The notes below the pieces were generated by a model that made no database searches, had not been told where the DNA came from, and saw only the letters and a list, made by a program, of their open reading frames with translations. Positions 7,870-17,231 of a stretch of 64,000 bases of DNA are shown piece after piece. The first letter of the stretch is position 1. Every line of letters starts with the position of its first letter. This DNA comes from Bryobacteraceae bacterium. GTDB lineage: Bacteria > Acidobacteriota > Terriglobia > Bryobacterales > Bryobacteraceae. Both the position numbers and the translations under genes were made by a program. The DNA is taken from positions 5,800 through 69,799 of the forward strand of contig DASYNU010000192.1 in the NCBI GenBank assembly GCA_036008345.1, read 5' to 3'.

Positions 7870-9069
7870 TCACACCACGTTTTCGACGTGTAGCGCCTGG
7901 ATCTCGGCGTTCGAATATCCCAACTCTCCGAGAATTTCGTCCGTGTGTTCTCCTAACGTCGGGGCGCGCCGGCGGATGCTGCCCGGTGTTTCCGATAAGC
8001 GCACCGCGGGATTCGCTAGCGGGACTGGTTTTGGCGCGCCCGGGTAGTCCAGATAGTGCAGCAGCTCGCGCGCTTTTAGCTGGGGATCTTCGAGGATTTG
8101 AGCCACATCCAGCACGGGACCAGCGGGCAGTCGCGCACCTTCCAGTTCCGCCAAAGCGTCGGCGGTGGTGCGATTCGCGAGCCACGCTTCCATTGCATGC
8201 GTGATTGTTTCGCGATTGTCAGCGCGCAGCAGGTCGTGCGCAAAGCGTGGATCTTCGATCAGTTCTTGACGTCCCACCAATTTTGCCCAGCGGGCGAACA
8301 TGTCGCTTCCGATCGTTTGAACCGTGATCCAACCGTCGACCGTGCGGTATGTGTCGGCAGGCGCAGTGAAGAATCCCGCATTGCCTCGGGACTGCCGCTC
8401 GATTCCGGTCACAGATCGCTCAGCCAGTAGCGCTTGCATAAATGTGACTCCGGTGGCGAGCAGCGATCCATCCACCACTTGCCCCTTCCCCGTTTGAGCG
8501 CGATGATACAGCGCCACCATGATCCCGAAGGCTGTGTGCAGCGCGGTGCCGTAATCTTCGAAAGAAACCACGGAGCGAATCGGAGCGTCCGGAAATCCCG
8601 TTAGGCTCATAGCGCCGGACATGGCTTGCGCGATGGTATCGAAGCCGGGCCGGTGCGCGTAAGGACCATCGGGGCCGAAGGCGGAAATTCGGGCGAGGAT
8701 GATATCGGGTTTGAGAGCGCGCAAAGCATCGTAGTCCAAGCCCATCTTTCGCAACACGCTGATTGGGAGATTGGCCACCACCACATCGGCGCTCTTTGCC
8801 AAGCGCCGGATGATTTCGGCCGCGGCGGGCGGGGAGCTATCCAGCGTCAAGCTGCGCTTGTTGCGATTCAGCGAGAGAAAAGCCCCGCCCTCGCCACCTT
8901 CGGTAACCGGCCCGGTATAGCGGTCTTCGCTGCCACGCCGGCGGTCCACGCGGATCACGTCGGCGCCCAGGTCGGCCAGCAGCATGGCGCAGTAAGGTCC
9001 GGCAATGAAGCGTCCGAAATCGATGACGCGGATTCCGGCGAGTGGGAGAGGAGCATCGGGAGAAGCCAT
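7870..9069 (-). CDS. Family III CoA-transferase (CaiB/BaiF family)
   Basis: 399 aa. Hallmark N-terminus GIRVIDFGRFIAGPYCAMLLADLGADVIRV. Confidence 0.9.
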   Translation of the reverse strand: MASPDAPLPLAGIRVIDFGRFIAGPYCAMLLADLGADVIRVDRRRGSEDRYTGPVTEGGEGGAFLSLNRNKRSLTLDSSPPAAAEIIRRLAKSADVVVANLPISVLRKMGLDYDALRALKPDIILARISAFGPDGPYAHRPGFDTIAQAMSGAMSLTGFPDAPIRSVVSFEDYGTALHTAFGIMVALYHRAQTGKGQVVDGSLLATGVTFMQALLAERSVTGIERQSRGNAGFFTAPADTYRTVDGWITVQTIGSDMFARWAKLVGRQELIEDPRFAHDLLRADNRETITHAMEAWLANRTTADALAELEGARLPAGPVLDVAQILEDPQLKARELLHYLDYPGAPKPVPLANPAVRLSETPGSIRRRAPTLGEHTDEILGELGYSNAEIQALHVENVV

Positions 9070-9184
9070 TCCCTAACTTTCGCATCTCACGTGCCAATCG
9101 ACGCACGCTCAGGCGGGTTAACAACCCGCTGCAGATTACTAACCTGCCCTACAACTGAACGTCTGAGTTATAAGGGGGAGAACC

Positions 9185-11581
9185 ATGCTGTCAGATCTTC
9201 GCTTTGCGCTACGAACTTTTCTAAAGAGCCCCGGATTCACGGCGGTGGCTATTCTGGCGTTGGCGCTCGGCATCGGCGCGAACGCCGCGCTGTTCAGCGT
9301 CATAAACGCGGTGTTGCTCAAGCCTCTACCTTATCCAGACTCTGCGCGCTTGGTTCGGATTTTTGAGACCTTTCTACCGGGTGGTTACGGAACGGTCTCC
9401 ACGCCCAACTTTCTTGACTGGCACCGGCAGAATCATGTCTTCGACCATCTGGAAGCCTTCGGCAACGGCAGTTTGAATCTGCAAAGTAATGGAGAGCCGG
9501 AGCGCATTCCGTCCGTAGTTGCAACCGCCGGTCTTTTCGAGATGCTGGGAGCGAAACCAATGCTGGGACGCACATTCCTCCCCGACGAAGATCAACCGGG
9601 CAAGCCTCACGTGGTGGTGGTGAGCGAACGTTTGTGGCGGCGGCGATTTGGTGCCGATCCAAAATTGCTGGGATCGCAAATAACGCTGGACGGCCAGTCC
9701 ACGACGGTGATCGGAATCATGCCGGCCAGCTTCCAGTTTCCTCCCGGGAGCTTGACCCGCACGCTGTGGATGCCACTCGTATTCTCTCCGGATCAATTGA
9801 AGGAGCGTGGTTCGCACTGGATGTCGGTGATTGGCCGGCTCAAGTCTGGAATCACTCTGCCAGGCGCCGACGCGGAGATGAAGCAGATCGCCGCGCGTCT
9901 CGCGCAACAGTTTCCAGATGAGCAAAAGGGCCGCAGCATATGGATGCGGACAGTACAAGACGTGCTGGTTGGAGATCTGCGGCCTGCGCTGTTGGTATTG
10001 ATGGGGTCGGTGGGATTCGTTCTGCTGATTGCCTGCGCCAATGTCGCGAATCTGTTGTTGGCTCGCGCGGCATCGCGGACCCGGGAAGTCGCGGTGCGGG
10101 CGGCGTTGGGCGCCAGCCGCGCGCGGTTAATCCGCCAGTTCCTGACAGAGAGCATCTTGCTGGCCTTGGCGGGCGGAGCAGTGGGAGCGTTTCTGGCCGA
10201 CGAAGGAGTGAAGGCTCTGGTGGCGCTAGCCTCCGACCAAATCCCGCTCTCTTCTAATATCCATTTGGACGCCACGGTGTTTCTGTTCCTGCTGGCAGTG
10301 TGTCTAGTTGCTGGAGTTATTTTCGGGCTGGTTCCTGCGTTCCAGAGTACCGGCCGCGACCTGCAGGAAGGGTTGCGAGAAGGCGGAAGGAGCGGAGGCG
10401 CTGGGATGCGGAGCGCCGGTCTTCGAAATGCTTTGGTGATTTCAGAATTCGCCCTTGCGCTGGTTTTATTAATCGGAGCTGGACTGCTGATGCGTACGTT
10501 CCTGGCGCTCAATGCCACCGATCCGGGATTAGTTACACGTGGAGTTCTCACCATGAGCGTTTCGGTTCCGGAAGAAAAATATCCGAAAGGAGCCATGTGG
10601 CAGCGGTTTTATCAACCGGCGCTCGAACGCATTCAGGGTCTGCCTGGGATTCGCGCAGCCGGCATCATCTCCCTACTGCCTTTGCAAAGCTGGGGCTGGA
10701 ATGGCGAGTTTTCTATTGCAGGCCGCCCGCCGGAAGAGCCCGGTCACCAGCCGTTCGCGGAGTTTCGGCAAATCAGTCCGGGTTACTTTCACGCGATGGG
10801 GATTCGAATTCTTAAGGGACGCGATGCCGGCCGTGAGGACTCAGCCAACGCGCCACCCGTTGCCTTGATCAACGATGCTTTAGCCAAACGTTATTTCGCG
10901 GGGCAGGACCCAGTGGGCCAGAAGATCAATTGGGACGGCTGGAAAACAATTGTTGGAGTGGCGGCGAATACCCGGCAATCAGGGCTAGGCGAAGAGCCGC
11001 TGCCTGAGATCTATTGTCCCGCTGCGCAGCTCGATTCCATTTCCGGCATGACATTCGTCATCAGCACCAACGTCGATCCGAGTAGCGTCGCTCACGCGGT
11101 GACTGCAGCGATCCAATCAGTGGACCCGAGTCAACCCGTCTTTGGCGTGAAAACAATGACGCAGGTAGTCTCGGACTCGCTATCCAACCAACGCTTGTAC
11201 GCCTGGCTGCTAGGTGTCTTCGCGGTTCTGGCTTTGACGCTGGCATCAGCCGGCATCTACGGCGTGATGTCGTATCTGGTAACTCAGCGGACCCAGGAAT
11301 TTGGTGTGCGCATGGCGCTAGGCGCAAGCACGAACAACGTTCTCGGGATGGTTCTGCGCCAAGCGCTGCTGCTCATCGGCGCTGGGCTCGCAATCGGACT
11401 CGGGGGCGCATTAGCGGTGACCCGAGTGTTGACTAATTTTCTCTTCAGCGTAAAACCGGTGGATCCGGTAACTTTCGCGGGAGTATCGCTGCTACTGACG
11501 GCTGTCGCTCTGTTGGCCACTTACTTACCCGCCCTGCGCGCCACTCGAGTGGACCCCATGGTCGCGCTGCGGTACGAATAA
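9185..11581 (+). CDS. ADOP family duplicated MacB/FtsX-type permease (no adjacent PadR)
   Basis: 798 aa. Two MacB periplasmic-domain/FtsX halves (ACANVANLLLARA ... RTQEFGVRMALGAS) and the typical C-terminus RATRVDPMVALRYE. Confidence 0.9.
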   Translation: MLSDLRFALRTFLKSPGFTAVAILALALGIGANAALFSVINAVLLKPLPYPDSARLVRIFETFLPGGYGTVSTPNFLDWHRQNHVFDHLEAFGNGSLNLQSNGEPERIPSVVATAGLFEMLGAKPMLGRTFLPDEDQPGKPHVVVVSERLWRRRFGADPKLLGSQITLDGQSTTVIGIMPASFQFPPGSLTRTLWMPLVFSPDQLKERGSHWMSVIGRLKSGITLPGADAEMKQIAARLAQQFPDEQKGRSIWMRTVQDVLVGDLRPALLVLMGSVGFVLLIACANVANLLLARAASRTREVAVRAALGASRARLIRQFLTESILLALAGGAVGAFLADEGVKALVALASDQIPLSSNIHLDATVFLFLLAVCLVAGVIFGLVPAFQSTGRDLQEGLREGGRSGGAGMRSAGLRNALVISEFALALVLLIGAGLLMRTFLALNATDPGLVTRGVLTMSVSVPEEKYPKGAMWQRFYQPALERIQGLPGIRAAGIISLLPLQSWGWNGEFSIAGRPPEEPGHQPFAEFRQISPGYFHAMGIRILKGRDAGREDSANAPPVALINDALAKRYFAGQDPVGQKINWDGWKTIVGVAANTRQSGLGEEPLPEIYCPAAQLDSISGMTFVISTNVDPSSVAHAVTAAIQSVDPSQPVFGVKTMTQVVSDSLSNQRLYAWLLGVFAVLALTLASAGIYGVMSYLVTQRTQEFGVRMALGASTNNVLGMVLRQALLLIGAGLAIGLGGALAVTRVLTNFLFSVKPVDPVTFAGVSLLLTAVALLATYLPALRATRVDPMVALRYE

Positions 11582-11582
11582 G

Positions 11583-11642
11583 AACCGAATAACCGAACAA
11601 CCGAATAACCGATGAACGTGGCCGGGCGAACGCCCGAGCCGC
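11583..11642 (+). repeat. Tandem 8-mers (AACCGAAY x4, 11583-11614) followed by an imperfect GC hairpin (11619-11640)
   Basis: aaccgaat aaccgaac aaccgaat aaccgatg, then ggccgggcg aa cgcccgagcc. Starts just after the ADOP stop codon. No clear T-run. Confidence 0.6.
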
Positions 11643-11664
11643 TCCTCTGTTAGTCTGTTAGTGC

Positions 11665-12882
11665 GTGGCTACTTCCGCTGTGAGTAGAGGGCTGCTTCGG
11701 CAAATTGAATCCGCGCGGGCGCGTACCGACGAGTTATTCAGGTTGCTCAGACCCGGCGCTCTTTATTCACGGCCCATCCCGGAACGGCATCGGCTCATTT
11801 TCTACCTGGGCCATCTGGAAGCCTTCGATTGGAACCAGATCTGCCGCAACGCCTTGGACATCCCTAGCTTCCATCCGGATTTCGATCGGCTCTTCGAATT
11901 CGGCATCGATCCGCCCCTTGGAAAAGCTGCCGAGGACCAGCCCTCGGATTGGCCCTCCGAAGTTGAGATCCAGAAATACAACCAACGCGCCCGCGCCATT
12001 ATCGACCAGGTTCTGGAGCAAGCGCCGGAGCAAATCGCAAATGTGGCCCTGGAGCACCGTCTGATGCATGCCGAGACGCTGGCTTATCTTTTCCACAATT
12101 TGCCGTACGATCAGAAAGTTCCGTTGGACGCGGAACCGGTCCGCCGTGCCGAGAAGCCATCAGCCGAGATGATCGAAATTCCCTCGGGTTACGCGACTCT
12201 TGGCCAAAAGGCCGGTGAATTTGGGTGGGACAATGAATTCGACCAACAGCAGGTAAACGTGCCTGCTTTCGCGATCAACAAGTACAAAGTCACAAATGGC
12301 GAATATCTGGATTTTGTGCGAGATGGCGCCAAGCCTCCACATTTTTGGATCGAACGGGATGGCGAATGGATCTACAGAGGCATGTTCGCCGAATCTCCGC
12401 TACCCGTGTACGCACCTGTGTTTGTGACATACGCGGAAGCCGGCGCCTACGCGCGGTGGGCCGGCAAGGTGCTGCCCATCGAAGCTCAATTTCACAGAGC
12501 CGCGTTCGGAACGCCTTCGGGCGATGAGCGCAACTATCCCTGGGGCGATGCCGCTCCCGAAATCACGCATGGGAATTTTGATTTCCACTTGTGGGATCCG
12601 ATCGACGTCACGCGAAACCCAGCTGGAGACAGTGCATTCGGGGTTTCACAACTCGTTGGCAACGGGTGGGAGTGGACATCAACGCTGTTCGGTCCGTTTC
12701 CGGGGTTCGAACCCTTTGCGTTTTATCCCGGCTACTCCAAGAATTTCTTCGACGAAGAGCATTATGTGCTGAAAGGCGGATCGCCGCGGACCGCGGCTTG
12801 CTTCCTGCGGCGCTCATTCCGGAATTGGTTCCGTCCCGATTACCCTTATGTCTACGCCGGCTTCCGCCTGGTCGAAAACTGA
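11665..12882 (+). CDS. egtB: EgtB-type sulfoxide synthase (DinB_2 + FGE-sulfatase domains)
   Basis: 405 aa, GTG start. N-terminal DinB_2 motif (FYLGHLEAFDWN). C-terminal FGE/SUMF1 domain (GNGWEWTSTLF, HYVLKGGSPRT). Followed directly by egtD. Confidence 0.8.
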   Translation: MATSAVSRGLLRQIESARARTDELFRLLRPGALYSRPIPERHRLIFYLGHLEAFDWNQICRNALDIPSFHPDFDRLFEFGIDPPLGKAAEDQPSDWPSEVEIQKYNQRARAIIDQVLEQAPEQIANVALEHRLMHAETLAYLFHNLPYDQKVPLDAEPVRRAEKPSAEMIEIPSGYATLGQKAGEFGWDNEFDQQQVNVPAFAINKYKVTNGEYLDFVRDGAKPPHFWIERDGEWIYRGMFAESPLPVYAPVFVTYAEAGAYARWAGKVLPIEAQFHRAAFGTPSGDERNYPWGDAAPEITHGNFDFHLWDPIDVTRNPAGDSAFGVSQLVGNGWEWTSTLFGPFPGFEPFAFYPGYSKNFFDEEHYVLKGGSPRTAACFLRRSFRNWFRPDYPYVYAGFRLVEN

Positions 12883-13834
12883 CGCCCTGAGCGACGCTCA
12901 TCTTCGGGAATTCGCCGCCGAGGCGCGTGCCGATTTAAGCAAACCCCAAAAAGAGCTGCACTCGAAATATCTTTACGACGAACTCGGTAGCGCGCTTTTT
13001 GAAGCCATCACCCGGCTTCCCGAATATGGGCTGACCCGCGCCGATGAGCGGCTGCTATGTTCGCACGCGCGAGACATTGCTCAATTAATCGGCACTCCCG
13101 AGGGGGTAATCGAGTTGGGCAGCGGCACGGGTGAAAAGACGCGGCATATTCTCGAAGCGTTCAGCGCGGCCGGCTCCAAGCTACATTACATTCCCATCGA
13201 TGTCTCACCGAAAGCTCTGGCACGCTGCCAGCGCGACCTGGCTGATGTGGCCAATGTCCACGCGCTGGCCCACTCCTATCTGGATGGAATGGCTAGCGCC
13301 GTTGGCAGACGGTGCAGCGATGCGCCCTTGCTGGTCCTGTTCCTTGGAAGCACCATCGGAAATTTCGAGCGCCGGCGCGCCGTGGATTTTCTACACGCCC
13401 TACGGCGCTCGCTGCGGCCCGGCGACGCGCTTCTCCTAGGAGCCGACCTGGTCAAGGATCGAGATCAAATGTTACGCGCCTATGACGACGCGATTGGTTT
13501 GACCGCGGCCTTCAACCTGAACCTGTTGGGACGCATCAATCGCGAGCTGGGCGGTAATTTCGAGCTGCGCAACTTCGAGCACCTAGCCCGCTGGAACGAA
13601 ACTGAGCGGCGCATCGAGATGCATCTGCGCTCGCGGGTAAATCAAACGGCGTTCGTAATAGAAGGCGATTTCACGGTTCACTTTCAGGCAGGCGAAAGCA
13701 TCTGGACGGAATCCTCTCACAAGTTCCAAATCGAAGAGCTATGCGAGACGGCCGCACAAACGGGCTTTCGTGTGGAGGCGCAATGGGTGGACCGGGAGTG
13801 GCCGTTCGTCGAGAGCTTGTGGATAGCGCGTTGA
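12848..13834 (+). CDS. egtD: L-histidine N-alpha-methyltransferase
   Basis: 328 aa. EgtD hallmark KYLYDELGSALFEAITRLPEYGLTRAD and SAM-binding ELGSGTGEKT. Overlaps the egtB 3' end by 35 nt. Confidence 0.85.
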   Translation: MSTPASAWSKTDALSDAHLREFAAEARADLSKPQKELHSKYLYDELGSALFEAITRLPEYGLTRADERLLCSHARDIAQLIGTPEGVIELGSGTGEKTRHILEAFSAAGSKLHYIPIDVSPKALARCQRDLADVANVHALAHSYLDGMASAVGRRCSDAPLLVLFLGSTIGNFERRRAVDFLHALRRSLRPGDALLLGADLVKDRDQMLRAYDDAIGLTAAFNLNLLGRINRELGGNFELRNFEHLARWNETERRIEMHLRSRVNQTAFVIEGDFTVHFQAGESIWTESSHKFQIEELCETAAQTGFRVEAQWVDREWPFVESLWIAR

Positions 13835-14607
13835 CACCGGCGGCCGGCTCTGCGGCTGTTGAGTTTCGCGAGGTTTCCTTTCGTATTTGCGATTGCCTGA
13901 TCCTGGATAAACTCAGCTTGCGAGTGGAACCCGGCGAGACGCTGGTGCTATTGGGGCGCAGCGGCTCCGGAAAAACCACAGCGCTGAAGTTGGTCAACGG
14001 ACTGCATTTTCCTACGACTGGCGAGGTCCTGGTGGACGGCCGGCCCACCACCGCCTGCAATGTCATCGCTCTGCGCCGCAGCATTGGCTACGTGATTCAG
14101 GAAGTGGGTTTGTTCCCGCATTTCACTATCGCGGAAAACGTCGGCCTGGTTCCGCGCCTGGAAGGATGGCCGCAGGATAGAATCGCTGCGCGCACCACAG
14201 AACTGTTGCGCCAGGTTGGTCTCGATCCGGAAAAATTCAAGGATCGGCGCCCGCGTGAGTTGTCGGGCGGCCAGCGCCAGAGAGTGGGTGTGGCTCGCGC
14301 ACTGGCAGCCAATCCGCGCCTATTGTTGTTTGACGAACCTTTTGGCGCGCTGGATCCAGTGACCCGCCGCGAGCTACAGGACCAATTTCTGGACTTGCGC
14401 AACACGTTGCAGAAAACCTCCATTTTCGTTACTCATGACGTAGGCGAGGCATTGAGGCTCGGGACTCGCATCGCGTTACTGGATCGTGGGAGACTGGAGA
14501 TCTTGGCGACACCCGAGGAGTTTCTGAAATCGCAGGCGCCTGAGACGTGCGCGTTCTTAGAAGTGCTAAATTTTAGGCCGCGAATGAACGCAAATGAACG
14601 CGAATAA
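13819..14607 (+). CDS. ABC transporter ATP-binding protein, OpuC/OsmV (betaine/quaternary amine) type
   Basis: Walker A GRSGSGKT, signature LSGGQRQR, Walker B LLLFDEP. Start set at the GTG at 13819 (alternative TTG at 13831). The last residues (RPRMNANERE) are encoded by a family E repeat. Confidence 0.85.
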   Translation: MDSALTPAAGSAAVEFREVSFRICDCLILDKLSLRVEPGETLVLLGRSGSGKTTALKLVNGLHFPTTGEVLVDGRPTTACNVIALRRSIGYVIQEVGLFPHFTIAENVGLVPRLEGWPQDRIAARTTELLRQVGLDPEKFKDRRPRELSGGQRQRVGVARALAANPRLLLFDEPFGALDPVTRRELQDQFLDLRNTLQKTSIFVTHDVGEALRLGTRIALLDRGRLEILATPEEFLKSQAPETCAFLEVLNFRPRMNANERE

Positions 14608-14649
14608 GGCAATCTGGTTTATTTGCGTGCATTCGCGTTTATTCGCGGC
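14577..14649. repeat. Family E hairpin built from GAAT[GA]AACGC 10-mers
   Basis: gccgcgaatgaacgcaaatgaacgcgaataa (14577-14607), 11-nt loop, ttatttgcgtgcattcgcgtttattcgcggc (14619-14649). The arms are imperfect reverse complements. Confidence 0.85.
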
Positions 14650-14667
14650 GAGGAATGGTTTTGGCCG

Positions 14668-15288
14668 ATGAGCAGGCCGGGTCTCTTTGACGACATCCTC
14701 AACCTCACCGCGGAGCACTCCGTGCTGGTTCTTATCTCCATGGCATTCGCACTGGCTATCGGAATCCCGCTTGGGATATTGCTCACCCGCCGAGTAGCCC
14801 CGCGTAGATGGGTGCTAGGTTTTGCGAACGTCATGCAAACGGTTCCGAGCCTCGCGCTGTTTGGGTTTCTCATACCAATTCCGCTCATTGGCGGCATCGG
14901 TAAGCGCACCGCCATCGTGGCGCTGGTACTCTACGCGCTGCTGCCCATTCTCCGCAACACGCTGGCCGGCATTCTCGGAGTGGATAGCGCAGTGCGCGAA
15001 TCCGCCATCGCTATGGGGATGACCGGGCGTCAATTGTTGTGGCAGGTGGAGCTTCCGCTTGCCGCGCCCATAATTCTGGCTGGCGTGCGCGTTGCCACCG
15101 TCACTACTATCGGTACGGCTACCATTGCCGCTGCCATTGGAGGCGGAGGGTTGGGCGTGTTCATCTTTCGAGGGATTGCATCTGTCGATTCCACCGAGAT
15201 ACTAGCGGGGGCCGTGCCCGCTGCCCTGCTGGCTTTGCTGTCGGACGGAGGATTAAGTTGGATCGAAAAACGATTTTCGCCGGCCTAG
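14668..15288 (+). CDS. ABC transporter permease, OpuCB-like
   Basis: ORF trimmed to the ATG at 14668 because the upstream part is translated repeat. Six TM helices. EAA-loop region VRESAIAMGMTGRQLLWQVELPLAAP. Confidence 0.85.
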   Translation: MSRPGLFDDILNLTAEHSVLVLISMAFALAIGIPLGILLTRRVAPRRWVLGFANVMQTVPSLALFGFLIPIPLIGGIGKRTAIVALVLYALLPILRNTLAGILGVDSAVRESAIAMGMTGRQLLWQVELPLAAPIILAGVRVATVTTIGTATIAAAIGGGGLGVFIFRGIASVDSTEILAGAVPAALLALLSDGGLSWIEKRFSPA

Positions 15289-16139
15289 CCGCAGTACTGC
15301 TCTTCACAGGCTGTTCTTCGAAACACCGTATTTCAGTAGGCTCCAAGAACTTTACAGAACAGGTGATTCTGGGGGAAATTCTCGCGCAGCATCTTGAGAA
15401 CAGGCTGCATCAGCCAGTGGATCGTAAACTGAATCTGGGCGGAACGCTGCTGGCTCACCAAGCGCTGCTCTCGGGCGACATCGATATGTATCCGGAATAT
15501 ACCGGCACTGCATTTACCAACATCCTCAAGCGCAGTGGCGTCACCGATCCAGCGGTGGTTCTGGATCGCGTACGCACCGAATATGCATCCGGCCTGCGCC
15601 TGGACGTGTTAGATCCTCTGGGCTTCAACAGTTCATTCGCCATGACGGTGCGTGGAGAAGACGCGCGCGCGCGGCATCTTGAAACGTTGAGCGACGCTGT
15701 GCGCGATCCCGCCGGCTTTGCGCTGGGCGCGGGCTATGAGTTCATGACGCGGCCCGACGGATATCCTGCCGTGAACGGAACATATTCCATCAAATGGACC
15801 GCTGCGCCTAAGAGCATGGATCTCGGATTGCTCTATACCGCGCTGCTCGGCAAGCAAGTGGACATGGTGGCGGCCAACACAACCGATGGAGCACTTACTA
15901 AGTTGGACGTCAAGGTCCTCAAAGACGACAAGCGGGCTTTTCCTCCTTATCAGGCTTGCATCGTGGTCCGTTCCGAACTCGTGACCGCGAATCCCGATGT
16001 CCGGAAGGATCTTTCTGAGTTATCCGGCAAGATCTCAGATGACGCCATGCGCGCCATGAATTACGCCGTGGACGGCGAGCACAAACAAGTCCGCGAAGTA
16101 GCCCGAGACTTTCTCCAAAAAGCCGGCTTGGCGCAGTAG
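15258..16139 (+). CDS. Glycine betaine/quaternary-amine-type ABC substrate-binding lipoprotein (OpuCC/OsmX family)
   Basis: TTG at 15258 preceded by GGACGGAGG. Lipobox LLFTGCSS. Family motif GSKNFTEQVILGEILAQ ... GDIDMYPEYTGTA. The ORF-track N-terminal extension overlaps the permease in another frame. Confidence 0.85.
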   Translation: MDRKTIFAGLAAVLLFTGCSSKHRISVGSKNFTEQVILGEILAQHLENRLHQPVDRKLNLGGTLLAHQALLSGDIDMYPEYTGTAFTNILKRSGVTDPAVVLDRVRTEYASGLRLDVLDPLGFNSSFAMTVRGEDARARHLETLSDAVRDPAGFALGAGYEFMTRPDGYPAVNGTYSIKWTAAPKSMDLGLLYTALLGKQVDMVAANTTDGALTKLDVKVLKDDKRAFPPYQACIVVRSELVTANPDVRKDLSELSGKISDDAMRAMNYAVDGEHKQVREVARDFLQKAGLAQ

Positions 16140-16169
16140 AAGATAAAATAATCTTCAGGAGCGCAGGCC

Positions 16170-17078
16170 ATGCTGCACATCACCAACGGAGAATCCGTCT
16201 CGCTTCCACAAACCGGCCTTCCCGGCCAAATAATTTACTGGAATGACATTCTTCACGACGGTCCTGTTCCGCGCGGATTGCCGCTCCAGGAATTGAGCCG
16301 CATCCGATCGCGGTTCATCGCTGAATTTTGTGGGATGCCGCTCGGGGACGTCTCATTCGTCCAACGCGACGAAGCGATTGCCCGTTTCCGCGATCACGAA
16401 GAAGTGGTGCTTTGGTTCGAGCACGATCTTTACGACCAGTTGCAACTGATCCAGATTCTGGATTGGTTTTCGCACCAGGATCTCCGGCGCACGCGGGTTT
16501 CGCTCATTTGCCGGAACCACTATCTGGGACACATGCATCCGGAGCAACTGGCGACGCTCTTTCATACGCGGCATCCGGTGACCAACTCCGAGTTCAAGAC
16601 GGCAGAAGCGGCGTGGGACGCGTTTTGTTCTCCCGAACCAACCGGACTAGCCGCGCTAGTGAATTCCGGCACGTCCGCGTTGCCATTTTTGCACGACGCT
16701 CTGCTGCGTCATCTGGAACAGTTCCCTGCCCTGCGCAACGGTATCTCGCGGGCCGAGCGTCAAATTCTGCAACTCACCGGGTCGGGCCTCTCAGAATTTC
16801 GCGACCTGTTTCCGGCCGCTCAGAAAATGGAGGAAAGCATCTGGATGGGCGATTCCACTTTCCAGCAATATCTACGGAGGTTGATTGGCGGGAAGCGTCC
16901 GTTGCTTGACTCTGTCGATTCCGGCTATGGGCCCACGGCTTTCGGCCAGCAGGTTTACCTCGGCCGGGAGGACCATGTTCGCTCGAACGGAATTAATCGC
17001 TGGCTAGGCGGCGTCCACTTGTGTGAAGGCGCGCCCGTGTGGCGCTGGGATTGGGGAGCGCGCAGCATCCGGCCCTAA
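16170..17078 (+). CDS. DUF1835-like protein
   Basis: 302 aa. The N-terminus MLHITNGESV ... WNDILHDGPVP resembles the DUF1835 family. Same strand, 30 nt after the SBP gene. Confidence 0.45.
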   Translation: MLHITNGESVSLPQTGLPGQIIYWNDILHDGPVPRGLPLQELSRIRSRFIAEFCGMPLGDVSFVQRDEAIARFRDHEEVVLWFEHDLYDQLQLIQILDWFSHQDLRRTRVSLICRNHYLGHMHPEQLATLFHTRHPVTNSEFKTAEAAWDAFCSPEPTGLAALVNSGTSALPFLHDALLRHLEQFPALRNGISRAERQILQLTGSGLSEFRDLFPAAQKMEESIWMGDSTFQQYLRRLIGGKRPLLDSVDSGYGPTAFGQQVYLGREDHVRSNGINRWLGGVHLCEGAPVWRWDWGARSIRP

Positions 17079-17141
17079 AGGAAGCAAATGCGAAGGTACC
17101 GACTCCCTCAGAAGCCGCGAAAAAGCTCGGCGTGAACACGG

Positions 17142-17223
17142 GGTTGGCAGACGAAAGCGTCTGCCCCACGTTGACGCACAAGGATTTGCGACTGGGTGGC
17201 GCAGGCGCTTTCGTCTGCGAACC
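17142..17223. repeat. Family B REP pair with 25-nt spacer
   Basis: ggttggcagacgaaagcgtctgccccac (17142-17169) ... ggtggcgcaggcgctttcgtctgcgaacc (17195-17223). Lies between convergent genes. Confidence 0.85.
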
Positions 17224-17231
17224 GATTTTTT

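Noticed and set aside
15039-15257. Upstream 73 codons of the SBP ORF as given in the track
   Set aside because: They overlap the permease gene out of frame and translate as an Arg/His/Cys-rich string. A TTG start with an SD, followed by a lipobox, fits better.
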